Under the pieces are notes generated by a model that saw only the letters and a list, made by a program, of their open reading frames with translations, made no database searches and was not told the origin of the DNA. This document shows positions 21,348-30,423 of a DNA stretch of 64,000 nucleotides, one piece after another. The stretch is from Clostridia bacterium (GTDB lineage: Bacteria; Bacillota; Clostridia; Oscillospirales; CAG-272). The stretch lies in NCBI GenBank assembly GCA_017961575.1, contig JAGCXA010000014.1, forward strand, positions 17,980 to 81,979, given 5' to 3'. The position numbers and the translations under genes were made by a program. The stretch's first letter is position 1. Each line of letters starts with the position of its first letter.

Positions 21348-21946
21348 TTAAGGATCGGATCGTTGACGACGCGCTCGCGGCGTTCCAGACCGAGAGCGAA
21401 TCCATCCGGGAGACGGCGAACGCGATCGACCGCGCGGATTTCCTTCGGGCGGCGGAACTGCTCGTCAAAGCCCCGCGGATCGCGTCCACCGGATGCGGAC
21501 ACAGCGGGATCGCCGCGCGGCATTTCGCGCATCTGATGTGCTGCTGTGACCGTCCGGCGCGTTTCCTCTCGCCCGCGGAGGCGGTGCACGGGGGACTCGG
21601 CTTCCTCGAAAAGGGGGACGTCCTTCTCTGGACCTCCCGCGGCGGGAAGACCGACGAACTCATCCCGATCGTGTCGGTCTCCCGCAAGAAGGGCGTGACC
21701 GTGATCGGCGTGACCGAGAACCTGAACTCCCCCCTCGCCGGTGAATCCGACGTCGTGATCCCGATCCGGGTCACGCGCGAATGCGACCCCGACAACTGTC
21801 AGGGAACGACCAGTTTCGCCGTCACCTGCGCCGTTTTCGACGCGCTGCAAACGGCGGTGATCGAACTGTCGGGCTTTTGCAAGGACGATTTCGCCGTGAT
21901 CCATCCGGGCGGCGCCGTCGGCAAGCGCCTGAACGGCGTCAAATAA
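21344..21946 (+). CDS. Single-SIS-domain sugar-phosphate isomerase (KpsF/GutQ-like SIS without CBS domains)
   Basis: ATG at 21344 overlaps the TIM stop (ATGA). SIS motifs TGCGHSGIAARHFAHL and PAEAVHGGLGFLEKGDVLL..SRGGKTDE. Confidence 0.75.
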   Translation: MIKDRIVDDALAAFQTESESIRETANAIDRADFLRAAELLVKAPRIASTGCGHSGIAARHFAHLMCCCDRPARFLSPAEAVHGGLGFLEKGDVLLWTSRGGKTDELIPIVSVSRKKGVTVIGVTENLNSPLAGESDVVIPIRVTRECDPDNCQGTTSFAVTCAVFDALQTAVIELSGFCKDDFAVIHPGGAVGKRLNGVK

Positions 21947-21984
21947 GCAATCAAAAAGAAAGAACATATAAAGGAGAGCAAACT

Positions 21985-22605
21985 ATGGAATTCATCGTTT
22001 TTCAGAAGGAACTGGAACTGCAATCGAGAGGGTGGATCCCCACTTTTCACGACGTGTCGAAGGAGATCCGCGAGATCGTCAAGGCGTCGGGTGTGAAGAA
22101 CGGGACGGTCTGCGTCGCGTCGCACCACACGACCTGCTCGGTGATGGTGCAGGAGTGCTCCCACGACATCGACAGTTTTGACCTCGAATACCTGCAGCAC
22201 GACCTGCTCGACATCATGCGGAAACTCGTTCCCGACTTCAAGGAGGAGCATCAGTACCGTCATCCCGGTCCGCTCCATTCTCAGTTCGGCAGATACGTCA
22301 ACGAGCCGGGCGACTTCACCAGCATGAACACCGACGGGCATCTGCGCTCGGTCTTCTTCGGCAGAAGCGAGACCATGACGATCAAGGACGGGGAACTCGA
22401 CGGCGGCGAATTCGCGCACGTCTACTTCATCGACTGGGATCAGGTGCGCGCGCGTCACCGTCAGCTGAACGTGACGGTTATGGGTACCACCGACTCGGTC
22501 GGAGACCGCAAGTGGAACAACGGCGAGGTCATCAACACGCTCCACAAGTTCACCGACGAGGAGAAGGCGTACGACCTTCACTACGATCTGCAACTGAAAA
22601 GATAA
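21985..22605 (+). CDS. YjbQ/UPF0047 family protein (secondary thiamine-phosphate synthase-like), enlarged
   Basis: ATG at 21985 follows AAAGGAGAG. Family motifs ASHHTTCSVMVQE and NTDGHLRSVFFGRSETMTIKDGEL. At 206 aa it is longer than the usual ~140 aa. Confidence 0.7.
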   Translation: MEFIVFQKELELQSRGWIPTFHDVSKEIREIVKASGVKNGTVCVASHHTTCSVMVQECSHDIDSFDLEYLQHDLLDIMRKLVPDFKEEHQYRHPGPLHSQFGRYVNEPGDFTSMNTDGHLRSVFFGRSETMTIKDGELDGGEFAHVYFIDWDQVRARHRQLNVTVMGTTDSVGDRKWNNGEVINTLHKFTDEEKAYDLHYDLQLKR

Positions 22606-22615
22606 GAGGAAGAAT

Positions 22616-23299
22616 ATGAAACTCATTCTTGATACCGCAAATCTCGACGACATCCGGTATTTCAACACCTACTACCCGATCTCGGGCGTGACGACCAACC
22701 CGACCATCCTCTCGCGGGAGGGCGGCGACATCGTCAAGCACCTGAAAACCATCCGCGAGATCATCGGGGAGGACAAGGAACTGCATATCCAGGTGACCGA
22801 GACCGAGTTCGAGAAGATCGTCGCTGAGGCGAAACTGATCGTCAAGACCTTCGGTAAAAACACCTTCGTCAAGATCCCGGCGACCGACGTCGGTCTGCGC
22901 GCAACCGCCGCCCTTTCAAAAGAGGGGATCGGCGTGACCGTGACCGCCGTTTTCAGCGCGGGACAGGCGCTTCTTGCCGCGACCGCCGGGGCTTCGTACG
23001 TCGCTCCCTACGTCAGCCGGCTTGAAAACATCTGCGAGGACGGGGTCGGCGTCGTCGCCGAGATCCAGCAGGTGTTCGACTGCGACGATTACAAGACCGT
23101 CATCCTCGCCGCGTCTTTCAAGACCGCGCGCGAGGTGCTCGACGTCGCGCTCGCGGGCGCCGGCGCCGCGACGGTTTCCGCCGACGTTCTGAAAAAACTT
23201 CTGTCGCACACCTCGACCGACACCTCGATCGCCGGCTTTGAAGCCGATTGGAAAAAGGCGTTCGGCGACGCGAAACTTTCACAACTTCTGAAGGGCTGA
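22616..23299 (+). CDS. Fructose-6-phosphate aldolase / TalC-type short transaldolase
   Basis: 227 aa. N-terminus MKLILDTANLDDI..ISGVTTNPTIL and Schiff-base region TFVKIPAT are typical of the FSA/short-Tal family. Confidence 0.88.
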   Translation: MKLILDTANLDDIRYFNTYYPISGVTTNPTILSREGGDIVKHLKTIREIIGEDKELHIQVTETEFEKIVAEAKLIVKTFGKNTFVKIPATDVGLRATAALSKEGIGVTVTAVFSAGQALLAATAGASYVAPYVSRLENICEDGVGVVAEIQQVFDCDDYKTVILAASFKTAREVLDVALAGAGAATVSADVLKKLLSHTSTDTSIAGFEADWKKAFGDAKLSQLLKG

Positions 23300-23353
23300 T
23301 CCTTCGATTTCGGCGCCGGAAGGTCCGATCAAGGTAAACGGACGGCAGGGAAA

Positions 23354-24283
23354 ATGAAAAGGGCTTTTGTTCTCGTCTTTATCGCGTGTGTTCTGTGGGG
23401 GACGTCGGGGATCTTCGTCCACTTTCTGTCCCCCTACGGATTTACGGCGCTCCAAATGACCGCCGTGAGGGGGATCGTCTCGTTCCTCCTCATGGCGGGC
23501 TTTGCTTTGCTTTTCGACAGGGGACAGTTCCGGATCCTGAATTGGCGTGAACTGTTGCTCTATCTCTTTATGGGCGTCACGCTCTTCGGGACGGCGTTCT
23601 GCTATTATCAGTCGATGCGGATGACGTCGGTCTCGACCGCCGTCGTTCTGATGTATATCTCTCCGATCTACATTCTGCTTTTCTCGTTCATCGTTTTCCA
23701 CGAGAAACTCGGACCCGTCAAGGGGATCTCGGTCGCGGGGATCCTGCTCGGCTGCGTGCTTGTCTCGGGGGTCGTCGGGGGCGGGAGATTCAATCTTCCG
23801 GGCGTTCTCATCGGCGTTCTCTCGGGCGTTTCCTACGCGATCTACAACATCTTGGCAAAACTGTCTGTCCGCCGCGGCGGATCGCCGATCAAGGCGACGC
23901 TCTACGCCTTTCTCTTTATGGCGGTGATCGCGCTGATCCCCTCGCATCCCGATAGGATACTCTCCTGCACGGCACAAAGACCCGCCGTCACGGTCCCGCT
24001 CTTGCTCGGGCTTGGGATCTGCACCTGCATTCTTCCGTATTTCCTGTTCAATTACTCCCTGAAAACGCTGCCCTCCGGCACGGCGTCGGCGATGTCGATC
24101 ATCGAACCGCTCTCGGCGTCGGTTTTCAGTTTCACCCTGCTCGGGGAGGACCCCGACGCCCCCTCGATCATCGGGATCGTTCTGATCCTTCTCTGCGTGA
24201 TCGTCCTCGAACGGAGCGAACTCAAAAAGAATGCGCCGAAGCCGAAAGAAAAGCCGGCGACGGATCCGACCGCAGCCCCGTAA
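23354..24283 (+). CDS. EamA/DMT-family transporter
   Basis: 309 aa, about 10 TM segments, two EamA-like halves. Confidence 0.8.
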   Translation: MKRAFVLVFIACVLWGTSGIFVHFLSPYGFTALQMTAVRGIVSFLLMAGFALLFDRGQFRILNWRELLLYLFMGVTLFGTAFCYYQSMRMTSVSTAVVLMYISPIYILLFSFIVFHEKLGPVKGISVAGILLGCVLVSGVVGGGRFNLPGVLIGVLSGVSYAIYNILAKLSVRRGGSPIKATLYAFLFMAVIALIPSHPDRILSCTAQRPAVTVPLLLGLGICTCILPYFLFNYSLKTLPSGTASAMSIIEPLSASVFSFTLLGEDPDAPSIIGIVLILLCVIVLERSELKKNAPKPKEKPATDPTAAP

Positions 24284-24286
24284 CAA

Positions 24287-24329
24287 AAGAAAAAAGCGCG
24301 CCGCCCGACCGGGCGGCGCTTTTCGTTTT
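24287..24329. terminator. Bidirectional terminator between convergent genes
   Basis: 9-bp GC stem gcgccgccc/gggcggcgc with loop gacc, flanked by an A-tract (aagaaaaaa) and a T-tract (ttttcgttttt). Confidence 0.75.
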
Positions 24330-25643
24330 TCAGATTCCGAGCCGCAGCCAAAGACCGAAGAGCGCCGCGGCAAGGGACGGGATCACGAGGATTACCCCGT
24401 ACAAGGTGAATTTCTTGAAAGAGAAGGAGACGCCCGCGCGTCGGAGAAGCGACGCCCACATGATCCCGGCAAGCGCCCCGAGCGGCGTTAAAAACGCGCC
24501 GAGATTGGAACCGATCACGGCGGCGTAGATTCCGGCGGACAGGTTTGCTCCCGCGAGAGCGCCGTCCGCGAGGATCGAACTGAACAGCACGCTCATCGGG
24601 ATGTTGTTGACGAGGTTTGCCGTAAGGCAGGAGAGCGCGCCGTAGGAGAAGATCGGCGCGCGATCCCCGAGCGCCTCTCCGATCCTTTCCGTCACGCCGT
24701 AGGCGGAGAGCGTAAGCACGACGGTGAACATCGACAGAACGAAGGGAACGAGCGGCCAGGGAAGCCGCCGGACCGTCCTTGCAAGTTCACGCGGTCGCTT
24801 TTTCCGGATCAGCGAGGCAAGAAGGACGAAGAGAAAGAGCGAGACGGCGAATCCGAGCGAGACGATCCACATTTGAAACCCGATATAGGAACCGACCGCG
24901 AGCAGAACCGTAGAGAGAAGAAGGTGGGCGAGCCCGATGGGGAGAAGAACGGGGTCGGGTTTTTCTTCCTCCGTCCAGATCGGGTCCATCGGCTCCGCGA
25001 GTTGCCTGGCAAAAAGGAGCCGCAGAACGAGAAGAGAGGTCACCCCGGCAAAAAGCGTCGGGAGCGCCATCACCGAGAGGTATTCGCCGAACCCGATCCC
25101 GGCGGAGCCGCCGAGATAGATATTCGTCGGGTTGCCGATCAGGAGCGCCATACTCCACGTATTCGCCGCGACGAACTCCGAGACGAGGTAGGGGAGCGGG
25201 TTAATCCCGGCGCAGCGCGTGAAATAGCAGATGAACGGCGTGAAGGTCAGGATGATGACGTCGTTCGACGTGAAAACCGTGAGGATCGAGACAAGCCCGT
25301 AGAGCGTGTAGAACAGGACGGTCTGCTTCTCTCCCGCGACCCGGATCGCCTTTCCGGCAAGATACCGGAAAAAGCCGATCTCGTCGAGAAAAATCGAAAG
25401 AGAGGTCATCGAGAGAAAGAGGATCAGGATCTTCAACGGGTTGATCGCCGTTTCGGAGGAGAGCCCCGCCCAAAGGGCGGAGAGCGAGATCCGGCGGCAG
25501 AGGATCAGGGTGATCGCGCCGATCAGCGCGATCACCCAATATATTCCGATCTTCTTTTTGCCGATCCTGATCTCGGGGAAGAACAGAACCGACAGGATGA
25601 TCGTCAGCGCGGTCAGGGAAGCGATGAGTATCGTCGGGATCAT
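24330..25643 (-). CDS. ArsB/NhaD-superfamily (CitMHS-like) ion permease
   Basis: 437 aa polytopic membrane protein with the family-like N-terminus and repeated hairpin regions. Substrate unknown. Confidence 0.7.
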   Translation of the reverse strand: MIPTILIASLTALTIILSVLFFPEIRIGKKKIGIYWVIALIGAITLILCRRISLSALWAGLSSETAINPLKILILFLSMTSLSIFLDEIGFFRYLAGKAIRVAGEKQTVLFYTLYGLVSILTVFTSNDVIILTFTPFICYFTRCAGINPLPYLVSEFVAANTWSMALLIGNPTNIYLGGSAGIGFGEYLSVMALPTLFAGVTSLLVLRLLFARQLAEPMDPIWTEEEKPDPVLLPIGLAHLLLSTVLLAVGSYIGFQMWIVSLGFAVSLFLFVLLASLIRKKRPRELARTVRRLPWPLVPFVLSMFTVVLTLSAYGVTERIGEALGDRAPIFSYGALSCLTANLVNNIPMSVLFSSILADGALAGANLSAGIYAAVIGSNLGAFLTPLGALAGIMWASLLRRAGVSFSFKKFTLYGVILVIPSLAAALFGLWLRLGI

Positions 25644-25664
25644 AAAGCCGATCAGCCCCGGAAA

Positions 25665-26738
25665 TCAGTTTCCGTCGCCGAACAGGTCGGTCTGCCCCGG
25701 GATCTGATCGCCGGGCTTTCTCCTCTGCCCGAAGGGGATCCCGAGGTGTTCGTAGGCAAGCCGGGTGACGCAGCGTCCGCGCGGCGTGCGGGAGAGGAAC
25801 CCGATTTGCAGAAGGTAGGGCTCGTACACGTCCTCGATCGTGATGGATTCCTCGCCGATCGTCGCCGCGACGGTTTCCAGCCCGACGGGGCCGCCGTCGT
25901 AGTAGTTGATGATGGCGGAGAGCATCTTGCGGTCGGCGTTGTCGAGTCCGAGTTCGTCGATTTCAAGCATTTGCAGCGCCGTTTTCGCCATTTCCACGTC
26001 GATCGACCCGTTCCCGCGGACGAGCGCGAAGTCGCGCGCCCGTTTGAGCAGGCGGTTGGCGATACGCGGCGTGCCGCGCGAGCGCGACGCGAGTTCGAGC
26101 GCGCCGTCGTCGGTGATCCTGATGTCGAGGATCTTCGCGCTTCGTTTGACGATGGTGGCGAGTTCCTCCGGGGTGTAGAGTTCGAGTTTCAGAACGACGC
26201 CGAAGCGGTCGCGGAGCGGGGTCGTCAACTGTCCCGCGCGCGTCGTCGCGCCGATCAGCGTGAAATGCGGGATCGGAAGCCGGATGCTGCGCGCCGACGG
26301 ACCCTTTCCAATGATGATGTCGATGGCGTAGTCCTCCATCGCGGGATAAAGGATCTCCTCGATCGAGCGCGAGAGCCGGTGGATCTCGTCGATGAAGAGA
26401 ACGTCGCCCTCGGAAAGATTGGTCAGGATCGCGGCAAGGTCGCCCTGCTTTTCGATCGCGGGTCCCGACGTTGTCCTGATATTGACCCCCATCTCCGCCG
26501 CGATGATGCCCGACAGAGTCGTTTTGCCGAGCCCCGGAGGGCCGTAGAGCAGAACGTGATCGAGCGACTCTCCGCGGAGTTTCGCTGCTTCTATGCCGAT
26601 TTTCAGGTTTGCCTTCGCCTTCTCCTGCCCGATGTATTCGTCGAGCGTTTTCGGGCGAAGACTGACCTCGGCGTCCGCGTCGGTCGGGGCGTATTCGCTG
26701 GATACGATCCGGCTTTCAAAGTCAAATTCCTGTTCCAT
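25665..26738 (-). CDS. ruvB: Holliday junction branch migration helicase RuvB
   Basis: Walker [11 protein letters not shown], Walker [10 protein letters not shown], sensor and arginine motifs, and a winged-helix C-terminus. Confidence 0.96.
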   Translation of the reverse strand: MEQEFDFESRIVSSEYAPTDADAEVSLRPKTLDEYIGQEKAKANLKIGIEAAKLRGESLDHVLLYGPPGLGKTTLSGIIAAEMGVNIRTTSGPAIEKQGDLAAILTNLSEGDVLFIDEIHRLSRSIEEILYPAMEDYAIDIIIGKGPSARSIRLPIPHFTLIGATTRAGQLTTPLRDRFGVVLKLELYTPEELATIVKRSAKILDIRITDDGALELASRSRGTPRIANRLLKRARDFALVRGNGSIDVEMAKTALQMLEIDELGLDNADRKMLSAIINYYDGGPVGLETVAATIGEESITIEDVYEPYLLQIGFLSRTPRGRCVTRLAYEHLGIPFGQRRKPGDQIPGQTDLFGDGN

Positions 26739-26778
26739 TCCTGTTTCCCCTTCTGTATTTCGGATAATGGGAGGGCGA

Positions 26779-27399
26779 TTATTTCACGAATTTGCGGAGC
26801 GCCGCCGTGATGATCTCTTCAAGGGTCAGTTTCTCGGTATCAAGCCCGCGCAGGGCGGAGAGAATCTGACTCCTGTCGTAACCGAGCGCCGTCAGCGCCT
26901 CGGTCGCCTCGGTCAGTTTTCCGTTCTTCCTCGTCTGCTCGGCTGTCGTCCCGTCGGGCTTCGCCGCCGTCGCGCCGCTCTCGCGGAAGAGATCGACCGA
27001 CACCTTGTCTTTCAGTTCGAGGACGATGCGGGCGGCGGTTTTACCGCCGATGCCGTTGGCGCGCGCGAGCGATTTGACGTCCTCGGTGCCGACGGCGAAG
27101 ATCAGTTTGTCGGGGGAGAAGGACGAGAGAAGCGACATCGCCGCCTTCGGTCCGACCCCGGAGACCCCGGTCAGGAGATTGAACACCTCGCGCTCTTCTT
27201 CGGACAGGAAACCGAAGAGTTCGACCCCGTCCTCCCGTACCGAAAGATGCGTGAAGAGCCGGACGGTCTCGCCGCGCTTGCGTGAGAGGACGTCCGAGGT
27301 GATGAGACTGATCGTCAGTTTGTAGCCCACCCCGCCGCACTCCACGACGGCGGTCGACTGATCGGAATAGGTCAGTTCTCCTTTGACGTAGTAATACAT
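26779..27399 (-). CDS. ruvA: Holliday junction DNA-binding protein RuvA
   Basis: 206 aa with N-terminus MYYYVKGEL and HhH motifs [13 protein letters not shown] and [11 protein letters not shown]. Confidence 0.95.
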   Translation of the reverse strand: MYYYVKGELTYSDQSTAVVECGGVGYKLTISLITSDVLSRKRGETVRLFTHLSVREDGVELFGFLSEEEREVFNLLTGVSGVGPKAAMSLLSSFSPDKLIFAVGTEDVKSLARANGIGGKTAARIVLELKDKVSVDLFRESGATAAKPDGTTAEQTRKNGKLTEATEALTALGYDRSQILSALRGLDTEKLTLEEIITAALRKFVK

Positions 27400-30200
27400 A
27401 CTTTCTTCTCCTTGTTTTTCCGGATAATGCGGTAGATGACCTCGCCGCCGAGCGTGGCGAGAAACGCGCCCGCGCCGATGATCGACAGTTTTGCCGCCGT
27501 GACGTAGAGAGCGGGTAAATAGCGGAATTCGATCTCGTGTTCGCCGGACGGAGCGTCAAAAGCGAGCAGCGCGTCGAGCGTTTCGTAGACCTCGACGGGT
27601 TCGCCGTCCACCTTGACGTTCCAGCCGCGGTCAAACGGGATCGTCGTGAAGATCGCCGTTCGACCTTCCGGCACCGAGATCGCGCCGGAGAACCGATCCT
27701 CCCGGAAGGATGTCAGCCGGAGCCCGCCCGCCGAAAGATCGGAGAGCGCCGCGCGGTATTTATCCGCGTCGAGGAAGTAGAAGTAGGACGCGACCGTGTT
27801 GTCGAGGTAGAAGGCGTTTTCATCGTTGTCGGGACAGATCGAAAAGAGGGTCGTCTCGCCGGCGGGAAGAACGCCGAGGTCGATGAAGCCGTTGTTCCCC
27901 GTGAACATCCGCCCGACGTACTCTCCGTTGATCTGATAGGTACAGGCGCGCTGCCACCGCGTGGGGAAGAAGGCGAAGACTTCGCGCACGCCGTCGCCCT
28001 TGACCGCGAAGGTCAGACTCGCGGGATCTTCGTCGATCCGTTTGTCGTAGCGGGCGTGACCCGCCGAGGGACCGAGCGAGAGGTTGGTCAGGGTCGGGGT
28101 CCCGACGGCGACGGGGGAGTAGGCGCCGACCGATTCCTCCTGTCCCATCATCGTGCGCAGAACGATCCCGAGGATCGCGAAGGGGGAGGTGTCGTCGTAG
28201 TAGATCCGGTCGCTTTTTTCGTCCTCGTCAGGCTTATTGAAGGTGATCTTGCGGATCGCGGGATCGACGGCGAAGGCGAGCGGAAGCGCGTCGGGATTCT
28301 TGTAACAGGACGCCGTCCCGTCGTCGTAGATCTTCTCGTATACCGCGGGCATATTCCCGTCGGCGTCGGAGTTCCGCATGATATAGCGGATCGAGAGAAG
28401 CGAGTCGGTCAGGGGATTCGATGACGTGTACTGCGCCCAATGCGACCGCGCGGAGATCCCCGTTTTGTCGAGAAACGCGATGGTGTCGGCGTTCAGGGTC
28501 GAGGTCGATCCCGACACGCCGTAGGTGCCGAGGGCGTAGGACTCGTTGATACGGATGCGGTTCAGAAACTCGGTGCGGTAAAAGAGATCGGGATCGTTCT
28601 CCCGCACCTCGTCGACCACCGGCTGCCACCTGTCAAGGAAGTTCAGGTAGGACGGGCGGGTGGAGATCACGACGTCAAAATCGAGCGAAACGAGATTGAG
28701 GAGCGCCGAGACGAAAAGTTCGATAAGAACCGTAACCGAAAGAATACAGCGGAAGACCGCCGGGCGGAATCGCTTCGGCCGCACGATCAGAAGGATCAGT
28801 ACGGCGTAAAGCGAAACGAACGCAATATCGGGATAAACCCCAGAAAAGTCGTGCAGATACCGGACCCCGAACGCTTGCAGCAGGAAAACGCAGAGGATCA
28901 CGGCAAACCCCGTCAGCGCCACGGTGCGCGGGGATCGATCCGAGATCCCGTCGAAGGCGCGCGCGGCAAAGGTGACGAGGAGAAAGATCAGCATGAAACT
29001 GTATCGGTAGTTCAGCCAGTTCGGCGTCTGCAACCCGTGCCAGACGAGATCGAAGAACTTGATCGAAAAGGACGCGAGAAGAGAAAGACACAAAAGCGCC
29101 CCGGCAAGCCGTTCGCGCACGCGGAACCGACGGGAGATAAAGAACGAGGGGATCAGCAAAAGCGTCAGGATCCCGCAGTAGAGGACGGGCATCCCTTCGG
29201 GGCGTACCGTGTCGTAGGCGTTGAACAGGAGCATCCCGAAGAGGTCGAACAGTTTGAATTTCGACGTGAACTCGAAGGTCGGGTTGGAAAACTCGTTCTT
29301 CCCGAATTGCAGGGAATAGTAGGCGGGCAGTACGATCACGCAGGCAAGCAGCAGCGCGATCGCGGAGAAGAACGCCATCCGAATGAGCGCCCGAAGGAAA
29401 TGCGCGCGCTCGCCGCGGGGGTTCCGTTCTTCCTTCGTCTGGCTGAAATAACAGTAGAAGAAATACAGGAGCAGGAATATACACATCATATAACCGATGT
29501 AGTAATTCGAGAAGACCGCCAAGGCAAGCGAGAGGGTGTAGAGTTTGTATTTCTTCTCCCGGACGAGGGACCACACCCCGATACAGATCACGGGGAGCAG
29601 GATTTCGCAATCGGTCCACATCGTGTTGTGCTGCATGATCATCGCGTACCCGGAGAGGGCGTAACAGCACGAGAAGAGCAGGGTGGAGAGATCGCGCGTC
29701 TTGGATATCTTTTTTAGAAAAATCGAGAAGGTCAGCCCGGACAACCCGCACTTGACGACGTAGAGCGTGTAGATCGCTTCGAGAATGTTCCGCTTCGGAA
29801 ACAGCGCGACGATAAGAGAGAGCGGGCTTGAAAGATAGTAGGCGTAGATGCCGGGGAATTCGCCCCCAAGATTACGCGAGAAGGAATAGAGGAGCGACGC
29901 GTCGCCGTAGAGCGCGCGGCGAAGCGCCTCGAAGAACATCACGTACTGCGCGTTCATATCGAGGACGAGAATCGAGTTATCCCCGAAGGGGTAAACGCCG
30001 TACGCCGCGTGGACGAAGAACGTCAGGCACGCGGGAACAAGAAAGCAGAAAAGGAAGAGCAGGCGCGGATGGCGGCGGTAGATCTGCCGCATACGCGAAT
30101 ACGACCGGGAAAAGAAGGCGCGGAACGGGCGCTTTTTGCCGTCTTGTGCGCGCGCGGCGTCAAGCGGCGTCGGTTCGTTTATCGTATCGATTGTCCGCAC
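27372..30200 (-). CDS. YfhO-family (GT-C-like) membrane glycosyltransferase, paralog 1
   Basis: 942 aa, polytopic. N-terminal YPFGDNSILVLDMNAQYV..LYSFSRNLGGEF is typical of YfhO. The stop overlaps the ruvA start by 28 nt. Confidence 0.85.
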   Translation of the reverse strand: MRTIDTINEPTPLDAARAQDGKKRPFRAFFSRSYSRMRQIYRRHPRLLFLFCFLVPACLTFFVHAAYGVYPFGDNSILVLDMNAQYVMFFEALRRALYGDASLLYSFSRNLGGEFPGIYAYYLSSPLSLIVALFPKRNILEAIYTLYVVKCGLSGLTFSIFLKKISKTRDLSTLLFSCCYALSGYAMIMQHNTMWTDCEILLPVICIGVWSLVREKKYKLYTLSLALAVFSNYYIGYMMCIFLLLYFFYCYFSQTKEERNPRGERAHFLRALIRMAFFSAIALLLACVIVLPAYYSLQFGKNEFSNPTFEFTSKFKLFDLFGMLLFNAYDTVRPEGMPVLYCGILTLLLIPSFFISRRFRVRERLAGALLCLSLLASFSIKFFDLVWHGLQTPNWLNYRYSFMLIFLLVTFAARAFDGISDRSPRTVALTGFAVILCVFLLQAFGVRYLHDFSGVYPDIAFVSLYAVLILLIVRPKRFRPAVFRCILSVTVLIELFVSALLNLVSLDFDVVISTRPSYLNFLDRWQPVVDEVRENDPDLFYRTEFLNRIRINESYALGTYGVSGSTSTLNADTIAFLDKTGISARSHWAQYTSSNPLTDSLLSIRYIMRNSDADGNMPAVYEKIYDDGTASCYKNPDALPLAFAVDPAIRKITFNKPDEDEKSDRIYYDDTSPFAILGIVLRTMMGQEESVGAYSPVAVGTPTLTNLSLGPSAGHARYDKRIDEDPASLTFAVKGDGVREVFAFFPTRWQRACTYQINGEYVGRMFTGNNGFIDLGVLPAGETTLFSICPDNDENAFYLDNTVASYFYFLDADKYRAALSDLSAGGLRLTSFREDRFSGAISVPEGRTAIFTTIPFDRGWNVKVDGEPVEVYETLDALLAFDAPSGEHEIEFRYLPALYVTAAKLSIIGAGAFLATLGGEVIYRIIRKNKEKKVCITTSKEN

Positions 30201-30222
30201 CCCCTTTCTTTTAACGGTCGGT

Positions 30223-30423
30223 TCAGTTTTCTTTCGTCTCGGCGGGAATGACGCGGCGGATCCCTTTTTCGAGTTTGATGCGCGGAACCGTCATATCGCG
30301 TCCGCATCCGCGGCAGATCACGCGGATGTCGCTTCCGACCCGCTTCACCTCGAACAGGCGCGCGCCGCAGGGATGATTCTTTTTCATTTCCAGCGTATCG
30401 CCGACCGAAAAACGGATGATCAT
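30223..30423 (-). CDS. DUF951 (YyzM-like) small protein
   Basis: 66 aa. The motif EMKKNHPCGARLFEV..CRGCGRDMTVPR matches the DUF951 consensus (EMKKPHPCG). The start overlaps the upstream stop (ATGA). The ORF-track start 30501 is rejected. Confidence 0.85.
   Translation of the reverse strand: MIIRFSVGDTLEMKKNHPCGARLFEVKRVGSDIRVICRGCGRDMTVPRIKLEKGIRRVIPAETKEN

Noticed and set aside
24873-26810. 645-aa plus-strand ORF opposite the permease and ruvB
   Set aside because: Shadow ORF. The minus-strand genes have a clear TM pattern and RuvB Walker motifs.
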